A program made the translations under genes and the position numbers. A DNA stretch of 64,000 bases from assembly GCF_009914755.1 (NCBI RefSeq), contig NC_060947.1; one strand, given 5' to 3'. Positions within the stretch are counted from its first letter, which is position 1. Each line of letters opens with the position of its first letter. This document shows, piece by piece, positions 1 through 13,474 of the stretch. The notes under the pieces were generated by a model. It was not told the origin of the DNA and searched no databases. It saw only the letters and a program-made list of their open reading frames with translations. The stretch comes from the human T2T-CHM13v2.0 reference genome, Homo sapiens.

Positions 1-99
1 TTTGGTGTGAGGTTCAGCTCATCTTAGTTTACCCAGCGTGAAAGTCATTTATTTGGGCATCCATTTTATGTCTCCCTTAGGAGAGGCATCAATGGAGAA

Positions 100-660
100 G
101 AGGATATTTAATATAAGGTTGGAAGGATTTCATAAAACAAGAATAAAAAGAAGACATTTGAGTCAGTAGAAACCAGCATGACTACAGTGATGGATGTATC
201 CAAGATATACAAATAGTCAAGTCTGGAAGGATAGTAGAGTTCATGAAGTGAATTTAAAAAAAATAAAGCTGGAAATTCAATTGATAGAATATTAAAGAAA
301 GCCTTGAATGCTAGGGTAAGAATTCAATTCTTAATTCACTAGACAGGGTTCAATTACATGTTTAATATGTTTAGAATTTTTGAGCAAAGAAATGATATGA
401 GCAAATACAAACTTTCAGTAGATTAATCTGACATCTTGTGTGTTGGATGGCTAGGAAATTAGAAAAACAGAAGGAAGGGAGATGAATTAGAAGGCTTTTA
501 TAATAGTCAAGACAAAAGGCAATGAAGGCCTATACAGGGAGAGTGTCAGTGGGCATGGAAAGAAGTAGATAGGTCCAACAATAAAATCTACATGACTTGG
601 AAACTCACAAATTTTATGTAGAAAAAATCAGAGGATGACAAAGGTGGGCTGGAAGAAAGA
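100..660 (-). mobile_element. L2 LINE relic
   Basis: Purine-rich degenerate L2 motifs (gaaagccttgaatgc, tttttgagcaaagaaatgatatg, aatgaaggcctatacagg); boundaries approximate. Confidence 0.6.
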
Positions 661-819
661 ATCATATCTTGCACATTAGTTATAAATAAAAAAGGAAATA
701 AAGTTTATTTCAATTTCTGAGGGTTCCCTAGAGATCCTCTCATTTGAGAAATGGCATAGCAATATTAAAAAGAAATGAGGAGTTTATATAATCCATATAT
801 CTAAGGGTATGACTATGTT

Positions 820-935
820 CAATTCAACACATGCTTTATTGAAACTCTATTATGCCCTAAGCACCCTTCAAGGCACTGGGGGTAAAATGGTGAAGGAAAA
901 TAGGCATGGCTCCTGCCTTTAAAATGTTATAGTCT
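820..935 (-). mobile_element. L2 3' end
   Basis: ttcaattcaacac...tttattga...ggcactggggg...gctcctgcctt is the typical reverse L2 tail. Confidence 0.6.
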
Positions 936-941
936 TCTATG

Positions 942-1495
942 TCTCAAAGAACTAAAAGTAGAACTACCATTAGACCTGGCAATCCCACTACTGGGTATCT
1001 GCCCAAAGGAAAAGAAGTCATTATATGAAAAAGACACCTGAATTCATGTGTTCATCACAGCACCATTCACAATAGCAAAGTCATGGAATCAACCTAAGCA
1101 TACATCAATGGTTGATTGGATAAAGATAATGTGGTATATATTCACTATGGAATACTATCCAGCAGCCATAATGAATAATGAAATCATGTCCTTTCCTACA
1201 ACATGGATGGAGCTGGAGGCCAATATCCTAAGTGAACAAATTCAGAAACAGACAATAAAATATTGCATATTCTCACTTTTAAGAAGGAACTAAACAATGG
1301 ATACTCATGGACTAATGATGGAAACGATAGACACTGGGGACTCCAAAAGTAGAGAGGGTTGAAAAATTACCTTAGATACAATACTCAATATTTGAGTGGT
1401 GAGTACACTAGAAGCCCAGTCTCCACAATTATGCAATGTACCCTTATAACAAACATGCACATATACCCTCTGAATCTAAAATTTAAAAAAAAAAT
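942..1495 (+). mobile_element. L1 3' fragment (L1MA-type)
   Basis: ORF 1048-1293 resembles the ORF2 C-terminus (WNQPK...TMEYY...WMELE); L1MA-like 3' UTR ending in aatctaaaatttaaaaaaaaaa. Confidence 0.85.
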
Positions 1496-1674
1496 AAGAG
1501 AACAATAACAAAAATCTGGGGTACTGAATGTTTGTAGATAGAAATTTACGCCTAGCTCAAAACTACCACACAAAGAACTTCTCCCCTTAGTACTTACCGG
1601 TAAGCAAAAATAAGCATAAACCAAAACAAAAAGTTTACTCTTCCGAATTAAATAGCTAGATAATAATCTGATAG

Positions 1675-2285
1675 TAATTAATTTAAAACATATTTCATGA
1701 GCATATACTCTATGTTAGAGTCTGTCCTAGGTGCTATAACACGACAATGAGCAAAACAGCTAAAAAAATCCTTATATTCCAGTAGAGTAGATTGACTCCC
1801 CAAAAGTAAACAAATAGAATAATTTCATAGAATAATTGTCACGAATAATGGAACTAGGTAACAGAATAAAGTGGCTGGGGTGATGTGGTTTATTTTTGAT
1901 AGGGTGTCCAGGAAAGGGCTTCTTGAGGAGGGAGCGAATCACACAAAATACCTAAAGAAAAGGTCCACCAAGCAAAAGGAAAAGCAAGTATGAAGGTCCT
2001 CCAAAAGAAAAGAACATGGCAAGTTAAAAGGACAGAAAAAAGCCAGTATGTCTGGAATAGAACGAGCAAGAAGAAGAGAGGTAGGAGATAGAGAAGTAGA
2101 CAAAGACAGGCTATGGAGGGTTCTGTAGGTCATGGTAAGGAGTTTGGCTTCACTCTCAGTATATCAAAGAGTTTTTAAAATAACATGATTTAATTTACAT
2201 TTTTTAAAGGATAGCTCTGGTTGCTGTGCTGAGAATAGACTCTAGAGGTGCAAGAGTAAAGGGAGATCTCTTAGGAGGCTATAAA
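1675..2285 (-). mobile_element. L2 relic
   Basis: L2 tail and body motifs (ggtcatggtaaggagtttggc, aaaggatagctctggttgctgtg). Confidence 0.7.
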
Positions 2286-2467
2286 TACAATATATCTCTT
2301 GAATTTTTATGGAAAAACACAGTGTTTCTACCTTGAAGAAAAAAAGAGAACCTATAGTATAAAAACTGTCCAAGCACTTGTCGATTTTTGTTCCAATATA
2401 GAGCAATAAAATTATACTTCATAGTAAATGGTAAGAAATTATACCGAATTTTGGCTATTTAGGCAAT

Positions 2468-2700
2468 TTCTTCATTCATTCATTCAACAAATGTTTATGC
2501 AGTGGCTCCCAAGTGCTATGCAATGTGCTAGACCCTGGGGATACAATTGCAACCAAAACAGAAATAGTCCCTTCCCTCAAAGAGTTTTTAATATTGTGTG
2601 GAAGACAGACATTTATGAAATATGCACATACATAATCACAAGCCATGATAAATGCTATATAGGGAAAATGGGCTGCTCTACAATGATTATCTATCATATA
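2468..2700 (-). mobile_element. L2 3' end
   Basis: ttcattcattcattcaacaaatgttt tail followed by L2 body. Confidence 0.7.
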
Positions 2701-3139
2701 AATGTTTTGCAATGAATATATGGTCATCTGCAGTGACATTAAGATTGTGACACAAGTGAAAAGGGAAAACCCACATAGGAAATATCTTAACCCAGATTTC
2801 CAGTGTATTATTAGGCAACCCTTGTTGTCTAATGCACTCCCAATTATAAGTGCACTCTCAATATCAGGGAAAGAATGAAATGTTACTGACTACATTAAAA
2901 AAGGGAGGAGATCCAAAAAGCAAATACAACAATCCCATGGAGAATCTGTTTGGTACATGGCATAGGGCTGGATGGGTCTTGGAGGGGAACTCCAATAAAG
3001 TAAGGACTCTATCCTAAAGAAATTATAGTTTCACCCCCTCAAAAAAAGAGGCCTTTCCTGATTATCTCCATTATTCCAAGTCTAGGGATCCAAGACATCC
3101 TTCTCTGGAATCCCATGGCACCTGTTCATCTCTCTATGA

Positions 3140-3473
<334 letters not shown>

Positions 3474-4840
3474 TGGTCATTGCTTTTTACCTCGTCTTTC
3501 TTCTCTGACTAGACAACAAGCCGCACAAGGCCAGTGACGTTGACCAGCTTGGTCACTGAAGAATCTCCACATTTCAAATAAAAATGGCACATGATGGGCA
3601 CTCAATAAAAGTTTGATGAATTAACAATACAAGGTAAAAAGTAATAAACACTATGAGTGACATAAAGATAAGCTGCTATGCTCATTTATGGCAGAGAGAG
3701 GGTACTTCAAACTGAGATGAATCAGAGAAAGGTTAGGAGACGATTACCTTTGTGCTGGTCTATGAAGGTCAGACAAGATTGTATGTGGGTGTGACGGAAG
3801 ACATGCCAAGTGAAGTGAATAGTGTGGAAAAAGGGGAAATGGAAAAATGCCAGGCATGCTTGTTAAAATAAAAGGACCACAGTGTGATTAGACAAAAGAA
3901 AATGAGAGGAAGTAATGGGAGGTGAGGTTGAAAATGTAGGTTAAGACTAAAGTGTGAAGGCCCTCGACTGTCAGATTCAGGGGTTTGATCATCTGACACC
4001 TGGTCCAATGCACTACAACATACAGGATTTGAAATCCAAAGATCTGTTTTCTAGTCTTAGATCTGCCATTTGTCAGCTATGTAACTTAAGGAAAACTATT
4101 AAACTCTGGTTGTTTGAGACTCTGAATCATTGGTACAATATACAAAAATTATGTCTGTCAAATTTGAGGTCCACATATGACATTCAAGAGGAGATTCCTG
4201 TAAATATTAGTGATATTTTGGAAATTTAAAAGAAATGGAGATGGGTTAGAAATAGTAATTTGGGAGTCATAAACACAGGACAGGTAGTTGAACCCACACT
4301 TTTTGAGAAAGAGTATTCAAAGTCAATATCTGGAAAAGGAATTTGTTCAAAAATGATTTGGATCAGTTTAGATTCATTCATTTCAATATATTTGAAGAAC
4401 AAATAAAATCAGGCTGTCCTTTCACTATTAGCTTTCTCTTCCAGGATACTCTTGTATCCATGGAGAAACCAGCTCGCCACACCAATTTCAGACATATGCA
4501 ACCTTTTTTTTTTTTAGCCACTCAAATCTGTACTTCCTCCCATCACAGAAGACAAACATCTCTATTGAGATTGTTCACCAGATTATATACACAATTTTTA
4601 TTTTTATCACTGTCATCTACAGTTAATTCATGCTTTTTGAATTCTATTGCAAATTATTCAAATCTCAAAAAACTTCTTAAAAATACTCTCAGAGTAATAG
4701 CTTTTCCCCATAAATCCATTTATATTGGGGAATTCTTCTAATCAGAAGTAGTGAATAAAGTTGGGCTTCTTAGACCCTCAACCCTCACCATATGCTCTAA
4801 ATTCTTAGGGAGATCATGGCATATAAGGTTAAAGAGTTAC

Positions 4841-6293
4841 TGATATGGTTTGGCTGTGTCCTGACCCAAACCTCATCTTGAACTGTAGTTCCCATAATCC
4901 CCGTATGTCATGTGAGGGACCCGCTGGGAGGTAATTGAATCATAAGAGTGGTTACCTCCATGCTGCTCTCATGATAGTGAGTGAGTTTTCACGAGATCTG
5001 ATGGTTTTATAAGGGGTTTTTTCTCCCACTTCACTCTGCACTTCTGCCTGCCACCATGTGAAGAAGGACATGTTTGCTTCCCCTTCTGCCATGATTGTAA
5101 GTTTCTTGAGGCCTCCTCAGCCATGCTGACCTGTGAGTCAATTAAACCTCTTTCCTTTATAAATTACCCAATCTCAGTATGTCTTTACTAGCAGTGTGAA
5201 AAAGGACTAATACAGTAAATTGGTACCGGTAGAGTGGGGTGCTGCTATAAGGATATCGGAAAATGTGGAAGAAACTTCGGAACTGTGTAACAGGCAGAGG
5301 TTGGAACTGCTTGCAGGGCTCGAAAGACGACAGGAAAATAAGGGAAGGTTTGGAACTTCCTAGAGACGTGGAGGGCTCAGAAGACAGGAATATGTTGGGA
5401 AGTTCGGAACTTCTTAGAGACTTGTTGAATGGCTTTGACCAAAATGTTAATAGTGATATGGATAATAAAGTCCAGGCTGAGGTGGTCTCAGATGGAGATG
5501 AGGAACTTGTTTGGAACTGGAGCAAAGGTGATACATGTTATGTTTTAGCAAAGAGACTGGCGGCATTTTGCCCCAGCCCTAGAGATCTGTCAAACTTTGA
5601 ACTTGAGAGAGATGATTTAGGGTATCTGGCAAAAGAAATTTGTAAGTGGCAAGGTGTTCAAGAGGAAGTTGAGCATAAAAGTTTGGAAAATTTGCAGCCT
5701 GACAAGCAATAGAAAAGAAAACCCCATTTTTCTGGGGACAAATTCAAGCCTGCTGCAGAAATTTTCATAAGTAACAAGGAACTGAATGTTAATGACCAAG
5801 ACAATGGGAAAAATGTCTCCAGGGCATGCCAGAGACCTTCATAGCAGCCCCTCTCATCACAGGTCCAGAGGCCTAGGAGGAAAAAATGTTTTCCTGGGCC
5901 AGGCCCAGGGCCCCCCTGCTGTGTGCAGGCTAGGGACTTGGTGCGGGGCATCCCACCAAGTTCAATCTCATCTTGAACTGCAGTTTCCATAATCCTCACA
6001 TGTTGTGGGAGGGACCCTGTGGGAGGTAATTGAATCATGGGAGTGGTTACTTCCATGCTGTTCTTGTGATAGTGAGTTCTCATGAGATCTGATGTTTTCA
6101 TTAGGGGCTTTTCCCCCACTTCACTCTGCCACCATGTGAAGAAGGATGTGTTTGCTTACCCTTCCACCATGATTGTAAGTTTCCTGAGCCCTCCCCAGCC
6201 CTGTGGAACTGTGAGTCAATTAAACCTCATTACTTTATAAATTACTCAGTCTTGGGTACGTCTTTATTAGCAGCATGACAACAGACTAATACA
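4841..6293 (+). mobile_element. THE1 (THE1C/D-like) MaLR element: 5' LTR 4841-5214, partial internal region 5215-~5955, 3' LTR ~5955-6293
   Basis: 5' LTR starts tgatatggtttggctgtgtc; both LTRs end gactaataca; perfect 5-bp TSD GTTAC (4836-4840, 6294-6298); ORFs at 5157-6119 are THE1-int remnants. Confidence 0.93.
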
Positions 6294-8059
6294 GTTACCT
6301 TCAAGTCATCTAGTTCAACTTTCTTCTTCTTGCAATGGGTAGGTGGGTACCAAATAATACTTTGCAGACACTGTGTGAACCTCAACCCCATTGACTGTGA
6401 TTCTGATTCTATGTTGAACAATTGCTAGCTTCTTTTACTTAGGGGCTAAATTTTATCTCTATGCTTTGAGCTTTATCGTGGAGACCTGCTACAAACCTGA
6501 ATGATTTTTCAAACTATGGCCCTGGCTCCTGCATGGCTTGAGGTATTACTAACACCTACACTACTGCTAAGCACAACCCATGAGATCATCCTTGGACATT
6601 AATGAGGACCACCAATGGAGCCAAACCAGATAACTATTTTTTTCACCAAACCAGATAACTTTGGACCTCTAGCCCCCTCCCACAGATCATAGTACTACAG
6701 ATGGAACAGTCATCTTAGACTTTGGCATTGTTCATCTCATGTTTTTTCTCTTTCCCCACTGGTTCGAGCTGCCGAAGTACCATGCACATCTAGCAATTGA
6801 GCCACTGGAAATTTGGCAACAAATGTATGGATGGCTTAGTGAAAATTTATTCCCCACTATTGGAAGAACAATACAAAGCATATGCCACCAGTATTTTCCA
6901 CAGTGATGAGACTAAGCCAAAATGCATTTTAATTGAAAAGTTAGTAGTGTATCAGTAATATCAACTTCATATGGCAGCCTGCAATGAGCTACTCCAGCTC
7001 CCACACACATACACAGGAACTTGAAAATGAAGGCAACGAGGTTGCTTTCAGAATTATGAAGAAATAAATACATAATAAATGAGAATAAGAATAAGCAAAG
7101 TCGTTTTCAAGAAACAAATTTTTTGTAGGCCAGCAGAATTAGACTTTTAACCTGATTAACTGTATTAATATATCCACAGGAAGAATGTATCTATGAGAAG
7201 GGGAAATTGGGCAAACAGACATGGGAAAAATGATAGTCAACAAACAAATATTGCCTTTTGGTGATGCCCATCCAAGCACTGTCTAGGGAAAAATACCTTA
7301 GCCAAAGGATTTTGCATTCTGATTCCATTAATAAGACCATTCATCTCTATTGTGAAAATGACTATAGGAAGTTTGAGAGAATGGATATCAAGTGTGTTAT
7401 TCCCATTGGCAAGACCTCCCTTTATTTGAGATGTGTCAGTCTATCTTAGTTTTAAATAATTAAATATTCATTTCATCTAGACTCATCTTAACCTGATGCA
7501 AACCTTATCAAGCATCACGGTTAAGTGACTTGCTTAAGGTCATACAATTTTGACTTGGCTTCTCATACTTGTCTGTCTAGAAAGAGAGATGTGTTGGTCC
7601 AAAAGACTTTATACATTCCAGTTCCTGTAAAATTTATGTGTCATTGTGATTTAATACACTGGTACCCTGATTATTATTTGGCTTCCCTTGCAGGTTACCC
7701 TAATAGCAGAGAATTTCTGGTCATGCCAAAACAAGCATTTTTTTTCTGTGTGACAATTATGTTCATCATTCATTAAGACTGAAATTCTAGTTCTAGACAT
7801 TAGTTTTGTGAGAATAGTTAGTATGCATTTTCCTATTCTGATGGGTCCATTCTCAATGTGTTAACAATACCAGATGTCTAAGCAAACAGACTAAAGGCTA
7901 GGTCTGAAACTAACGTACAAGAGCCAGTGTACTAAATGTTACCCTGTGAGATTATTTTAGGAAACAGTCAAATGACAAAGTACCAGCCATCTCCAATGTC
8001 ATTTGTGATTACTGGCAAACATCTTTTACATCACTACAACTATTTATATTATTATTTGT

Positions 8060-8270
8060 CAAAGTTTAAATACATGCATAAAGCCCTATGTCAGGAATCT
8101 TACATAAATTATTTATAATATTTAAGTAATTACATTATGTACCTATTCCAATTCTCCCAATGCACAAATGAGAAAACTGAGGCTCAGAGAGGTTAAGTAA
8201 TTTACCTCTGATCACCCAGAAGGTAAATGAAAGAGCCTGAATTTGATCACTACTCTCTAACTCTAAAATT
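8060..8270 (-). mobile_element. MIR
   Basis: MIR core acaaatgagaaaactgaggctcagagaggttaagtaatttac. Confidence 0.8.
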
Positions 8271-8299
8271 CATACCTTTCCAAAACTATTACAGTTGTT

Positions 8300-8540
8300 T
8301 TATGTCATCAATGCCTCTTTACATTTACTCACATATATTTGTTTACTCAAATATCTGTTTTGTATCTTATGGCTTCCTTTGTAACACAATTTCCTTCTTC
8401 CTGAAATAGACCCTTTAGTAGTTCTTTCAGCGAGAGTCTTGTAGAGGTAAACTCTAAGTTGCTGTCTATTCGAAACTGCCTTTGTTTTATCCCCACTATT
8501 TGGGAAGCATTTATTCCCAAATATTGGGTTTATTCATTAT
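8300..8540 (-). mobile_element. Old L1M fragment
   Basis: ttccttcttcctgaaatagaccctttagtagttctttcagcgagagtc resembles antisense old L1. Confidence 0.45.
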
Positions 8541-8544
8541 TTGT

Positions 8545-8760
8545 ATTAGTATTAGGTACAGCTGTGAGATATAAAATCGTGTAAACAAAATATAAGTGTA
8601 TTTTTCTCTTACTTTAATGTAAGAAATAAAGGGCCAGTATGGTGGCTCCATGATCATCAATAACCCAGATACCAGATCTATCTTGTTGCTATATAATTTT
8701 CAGCTTTATCCTTCTCCCTCATAATTTAAAATGTCTACTACAGCTCCTGCCATAACAAAG
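8545..8760 (-). mobile_element. MLT1 (J/K-like) LTR fragment
   Basis: gggccagtatggtggctccatgatcatc...tctatcttgttgct motif. Confidence 0.5.
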
Positions 8761-9879
8761 AGTTTGACAACCTTCTTTCCCTATTCCTGCTTGCTTGACT
8801 TTGGAAATGACATCAGAATTTCTCACACAGAACATCTGGCAACAAATGCCAACACGTTTGTGGTATAGATTTTACTTTTATACTTCTGCATACAGTTTAA
8901 ATTCATACTTCAAAATCATATGAGGGCAGGCCCATGATTACGAACTCTCAGGAGAAACATATTTTCTCTGCCAAGAGCTCAGGGTGAGATGGACAAACTG
9001 CTTTGCCATCTTCTTCTGTGAAGGAAAAAAGTGTTCTGAGTACATTTTTTCACTGCACGTAAAGCACTTTCAGAGACCCGGTTTTATATGGAGGTCTTAC
9101 ATGGAGTCTTAACTCCAATATCATTCATGAGTGTTAAAATCCAAGCCTTGGTTACAAATATCTGAACTTCCAACATACCCAGGAAAACCACTTTATCTCA
9201 TAGGTACCACTCTGATTCATAGTTTCCCTTTAGCTTTTGGTCGCCGGAAATGTCCTTTCTGTCTTGAAAACTCAATTATTCCTTGAAAACTCTGTGTGTT
9301 CTATTCACCAGAATGGAAACTGCACAGGTTCAGGCATTTGTGTCTGTTTCACTTCTTCAACATCTAGAACACTCTCTGGCACATGGTAAAGGTGTTCCAT
9401 AATATTTGGTGAATTAATAAGTTAATTTTATCCAGCATTTCTGATTTTTTTATAGCTGGGAGTGGGATGAGAGTTTCCAGATTATCTAGTCTATGATATT
9501 GCTAGAAATGGAAGTCAAATCTATTTCCTTTCCACTATACTATGCTATTGTTCATGTTTACAGTTACAGTGAGATTTCCAGAGTGTATTTTTCTTAAGTC
9601 AGTCTATAGCAACTATCCCCCAGTGAGGGCAGGCAGGAAAAAGCCTCCACAGAAAGAAAATGCTCTGCAGGCTCACCTTCATCACCACATTCTATTGAGT
9701 AATTGGATTCTCCAATTGCATAGGTTGCATAGATGCATTACAACCAGCTTATGCCTACAGATAAATTCTAATTCAGCACCAGCTGAGAACAAAGAAATTG
9801 TCAGAAGCTTCGTTAGAAAATGTTCTCGATACAACTCTTTCTCATCAACAGGGATTCATACAACTTTCATGAGTATTAA

Positions 9880-10065
9880 CAGCTCCATTTACTGCACACT
9901 ATGTGCCAGATATTCTTGCAAATGCTTTACATTATTAGTTACAGATGCAGAAACTGAGGTACATAGAGGTTAAGTAGCTTTCCAAAGGCCACACAAATAA
10001 TGGCAGAACGAGGGTTTCTAAAGGCAGGCTGGTTCTAAAGCATATGGGCTTAACAATTATGCTAC
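9880..10065 (-). mobile_element. MIR
   Basis: acagatgcagaaactgaggtacatagaggttaagtagctttccaaaggccacac. Confidence 0.8.
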
Positions 10066-10969
10066 CCCATATTTATTTGCATTATCTATTCTTATCCCCG
10101 ATCCCATTTTAACAGGAATTTTAATCCTTAAATGGGAAAATACAACTACAGGGCTAAGTACCTTTACTGTTTCCTCAAGAAGCCAGAAGTTAATCATCTT
10201 CCATTGGTATTGCCAGAATAAGGTTTGTCAGGGCAACTGAAGAGGTATGAACAGTAGTTAAAGCACACTTCTTTGCCTTCTAGCTCACAGGATCACTCAG
10301 ATTTCTATTGAGAACATCACAAGGGGAAGTAGGGGGAAAACTATCATATTAACTCTTCAAAATTGGTAGGGAGGATACACTGTGAGTACATATGTAGTAT
10401 CTATCACTCAAATGCTTCACTCAAAAAATCTGTTTTTTAAATACAGGAATTTGGGGGTCTTCTCCAGTCAGGACAATGATTTAGTTTGATATCCATCAAG
10501 AATGTATTAGACTGGCTTCCACTGGCAGCTACAGAGGAAGATTTAGAGAACAGTTAGTTCAAAGTTGGAAAATCACTAAAATATCCAGGCAACATATCAA
10601 CCTTGCTCTGATAGTTTACTAAACCAAATAAGTGGGACTGTTTAAAGACATTAAGGATGATGCATGAATAAGGCAAATCAATTCAACTTTATTGTTTTTT
10701 CTGTACTGTTTTCCTAATGACCCAACTTTCAGCTGCACATTCACACTGCTATATGAGGGTGCATTTCAGCAGCTGATTCTATAGTAATTATAGATATTAA
10801 GGATTCAGCACACTGAGGAAATATCTCAGTGAGAGACATGAGACACAATTAGAAGATACTATATATAAACACAGGTCACATTTTTATAAATTATATCTGA
10901 TATGGAAGAAATGGACAAGTAGTGGAAGAAGACAGAGATATCACCTGCAGAGAAAAGGGAAAAGCTAAT

Positions 10970-11215
10970 AACAACAAACACTTGCTACGCTCCAAGTACT
11001 GGATTTATTATATTAATTTATTATATGGATTTATTGTAGCTAATATAAACAAAAACCCTTGGATATAGTTATTATTACTATCCCCATTTCAGAGGTGAAA
11101 AAACTGAGACATAGAATAGTAAATTGACTTTCCAAAACTCATAGGATTAATAAGTGGTAGAGCTGGTACTTGAACTCAGGCAATCAGGTCTGCAGTATGC
11201 TCTTAGCCACTCTCT
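10970..11215 (-). mobile_element. MIR
   Basis: ccccatttcagaggtgaaaaaactgagac...aagtggtagagctggtacttgaactcagg. Confidence 0.8.
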
Positions 11216-12219
11216 TATACGTCTCTCATGGCAAAAAGTGTAAATATTAAAACATAATTCAAAAAATTTTTATTGAGCACCTGCACAGTTCTACCACTGT
11301 GATGAACACGGAGAGTATAAGGAGAAGCACAGAATTGAAGAGGTTTGCTAGGGATTTCCAGATATCTTGGAGATTAAAGGGTCTTCAAGATGATCTTAAT
11401 ACAAGCTTCTAAAAAGGTCATGGGAAAACTGGAAAAAGATATTTATTACATCATGAAGTTAATCCTCCTTGATCTCTGTATCAGCAGCAAAACTTCATCT
11501 TGAAGTCTATCAAGATGGCACAAGATGAATGTAGCCACAAAAAGAATCTCTGGGAAGGTTCTAAAATCCTTAAGATCCCCATGAAGGTTCTCATGTTTTA
11601 GAAGCACTTCAGACCATTGTATTCAAGCAACAGTTATTTCCATTTTATTTTTATCAACTTTGTCCCACTTGAAATCATTCAACCCATAAGTATGTATGAT
11701 CATCTAACATGGTATCAGACATTATGAGTTATACAATAACGCACAAGACACAATCCATATCAACAAGAATCTACAATCCAGTGAGTAGACAAGGAATTTT
11801 CATGAAACAATTATTAGAAAAGGCATTTTATAATAAAATGCTCACTTATACAGTACAAACAATAAATGCTTCAGGGGGTCAGATAAGGTAGAGAGCTGAG
11901 TGAATTGTTTAGTGTTTTCAGAGACTGCAAACCTGAGCTAGGCCTTGAAGGATGGAGGACTTGAAGTGATGGGAGAGAAGAGAAGCAAAGGCATTCCTAG
12001 TCTGAAGGAACAGTCTGACACAGGCTTTATAGGTCAGTGGCGTGGTACAGGGACCTGAACCAAAACTGCAAACATGTCAGGCCAGGGTCTCAAATCAACC
12101 AATGTGATCTGAGAAGCAAATGTGTTAATTAAACACATGAATCAAGTTAGGGAGACTGGAAGATAAAGACCAGAAAAAGAAACAAGTATTGAGAATGAGA
12201 GAGTGCCAGCAAGTCCCAA

Positions 12220-12455
12220 GACCCAGGGCCATGGGTTTTGTGAACAGACTGACCTGGGATTGAATTCTACTTTGCCACTTACTAGCTATGTAACCTTGGT
12301 CAAGTTATCGAACTCTTCTGAGCCAATTTCTTCATCAGTGGAATGAAGATAATACCTACCACATGTTACATCATTGGGAAATTAAATGAGACCATATACA
12401 TATATATGAAAACATTTTAATACCATAAAGTTCTATGTGAGTGTCAGTTATTACA
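12220..12455 (+). mobile_element. MIR
   Basis: gacctgggattgaattctactttgccacttactagctatgtaaccttggtcaagtta. Confidence 0.8.
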
Positions 12456-12609
12456 AGCTGTTGTTACATGTAGTACAGGACCATATCATGGAAGGTTTTG
12501 GAGTCAGGATAGGTTTATAGTGATTCTCAATGTGACATATGGGAAGCTGCCTACAGGAATAAAGAAGAATATTTTGGGGACTTATTGTTTGTTTAAAAAT
12601 ACAACTTCT

Positions 12610-13474
12610 GGTGCACCCATCACCTAAGCGGTATACACTGCACCCTATTTGTAGTCTTTTATCCCTCGCCCCCCTCCCACCCTTCCCCCCATGTCCCTAA
12701 AGTCCATTATATCGTTCTTATGCCTCTGAGTCCTCATAGCTTAGCTCCCACATATCAGTGAGAACATATGGTGTTTGGTTTTTCATTCCTGAGTTACTTC
12801 ACTTAGAATAATAGTCTCCAATCTCATCCAGGTTGCCTCAAATGCCATTAATTCATTCCTTTTTATGGCTGAGAAGTATTCAATTGTATATATATACTAT
12901 AATTTCTTTATCCACTCTTGCATTGATGGGGATTTGGGTTGGTTCCATGATTTTGCTATTGTAAACTGGGTGCACCAAAATCTCACAAAGCACTGCTACA
13001 GAACTCACTCATGTAACCAAATACCACCTGTACCCCAATAACCTATGGAAAATTAAAATAAAATTTTAAGAAAAGAAGTAAGCTAAGAAAAAAGAGAGGG
13101 AGGGAGGAGGTGGGTACTACACCTTGGCAGAGGGAACTGTGTGTGCAAAGGTGGGAGATAAGAGAAGGCAAAGAACACTGGAGAAATGGAAAGGAATTCA
13201 GAATGGTTGGCGCATAGAATGCAAGGATGAAACAGAGAGGTAAACAAGAGCCTGAACAGGAAGAACATATGAATCATGTTTAGAAGTTTGGACTTTATCC
13301 TCAAGGCAAGAAGAGTAGCTGAATTATTTTTAAGAAGGAGCTTTAAAATTCTATACATCTTGGACTTTATAAAAAACAGAATAGTTAAAAGAACTGTTCT
13401 AAAGTTCTTTTATTCTCTGTAACATACTCTACTCCAAAAAAATTGAATTAAATTGCAAAATAAGTAAATAAAAA
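12610..13474 (+). mobile_element. Short 5'-inverted L1PB1-like insertion with ~400-bp 3' transduction
   Basis: Antisense L1PB 3'UTR 12610-12967; sense L1PB end 12968-~13070; non-L1 sequence to ~13455; A-rich tail; 16-bp TSD TAAAAATACAACTTCT at 12594-12609 and 13475-13490. Confidence 0.85.

Noticed and set aside
1594-1605. Palindrome CTTACCGGTAAG, donor-like on both strands
   Set aside because: A 12-bp palindrome is expected by chance in 64 kb, and there is no supporting exon.
921-1645. Possible second 3' transduction behind the L1MA (aaaatgttatagtcttc at 921 vs aaaagtttactcttc at ~1629, after an A-rich run)
   Set aside because: The putative TSD needs two gaps and a mismatch in AT-rich DNA, so it cannot be told from chance.
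5310-5425. Tandem ~55-bp repeat in THE1-int (agggctc...gacagg...ggaacttc...tagagac)
   Set aside because: As I recall, this is part of some THE1 internal consensus sequences rather than locus-specific.
6430-6550. Exon-like segment (ttcttttacttag...gag|gtatta)
   Set aside because: Stops in all three frames and a weak donor.
9542-9973. 143-aa ORF
   Set aside because: No recognisable domain, and the 3' end runs into a MIR.
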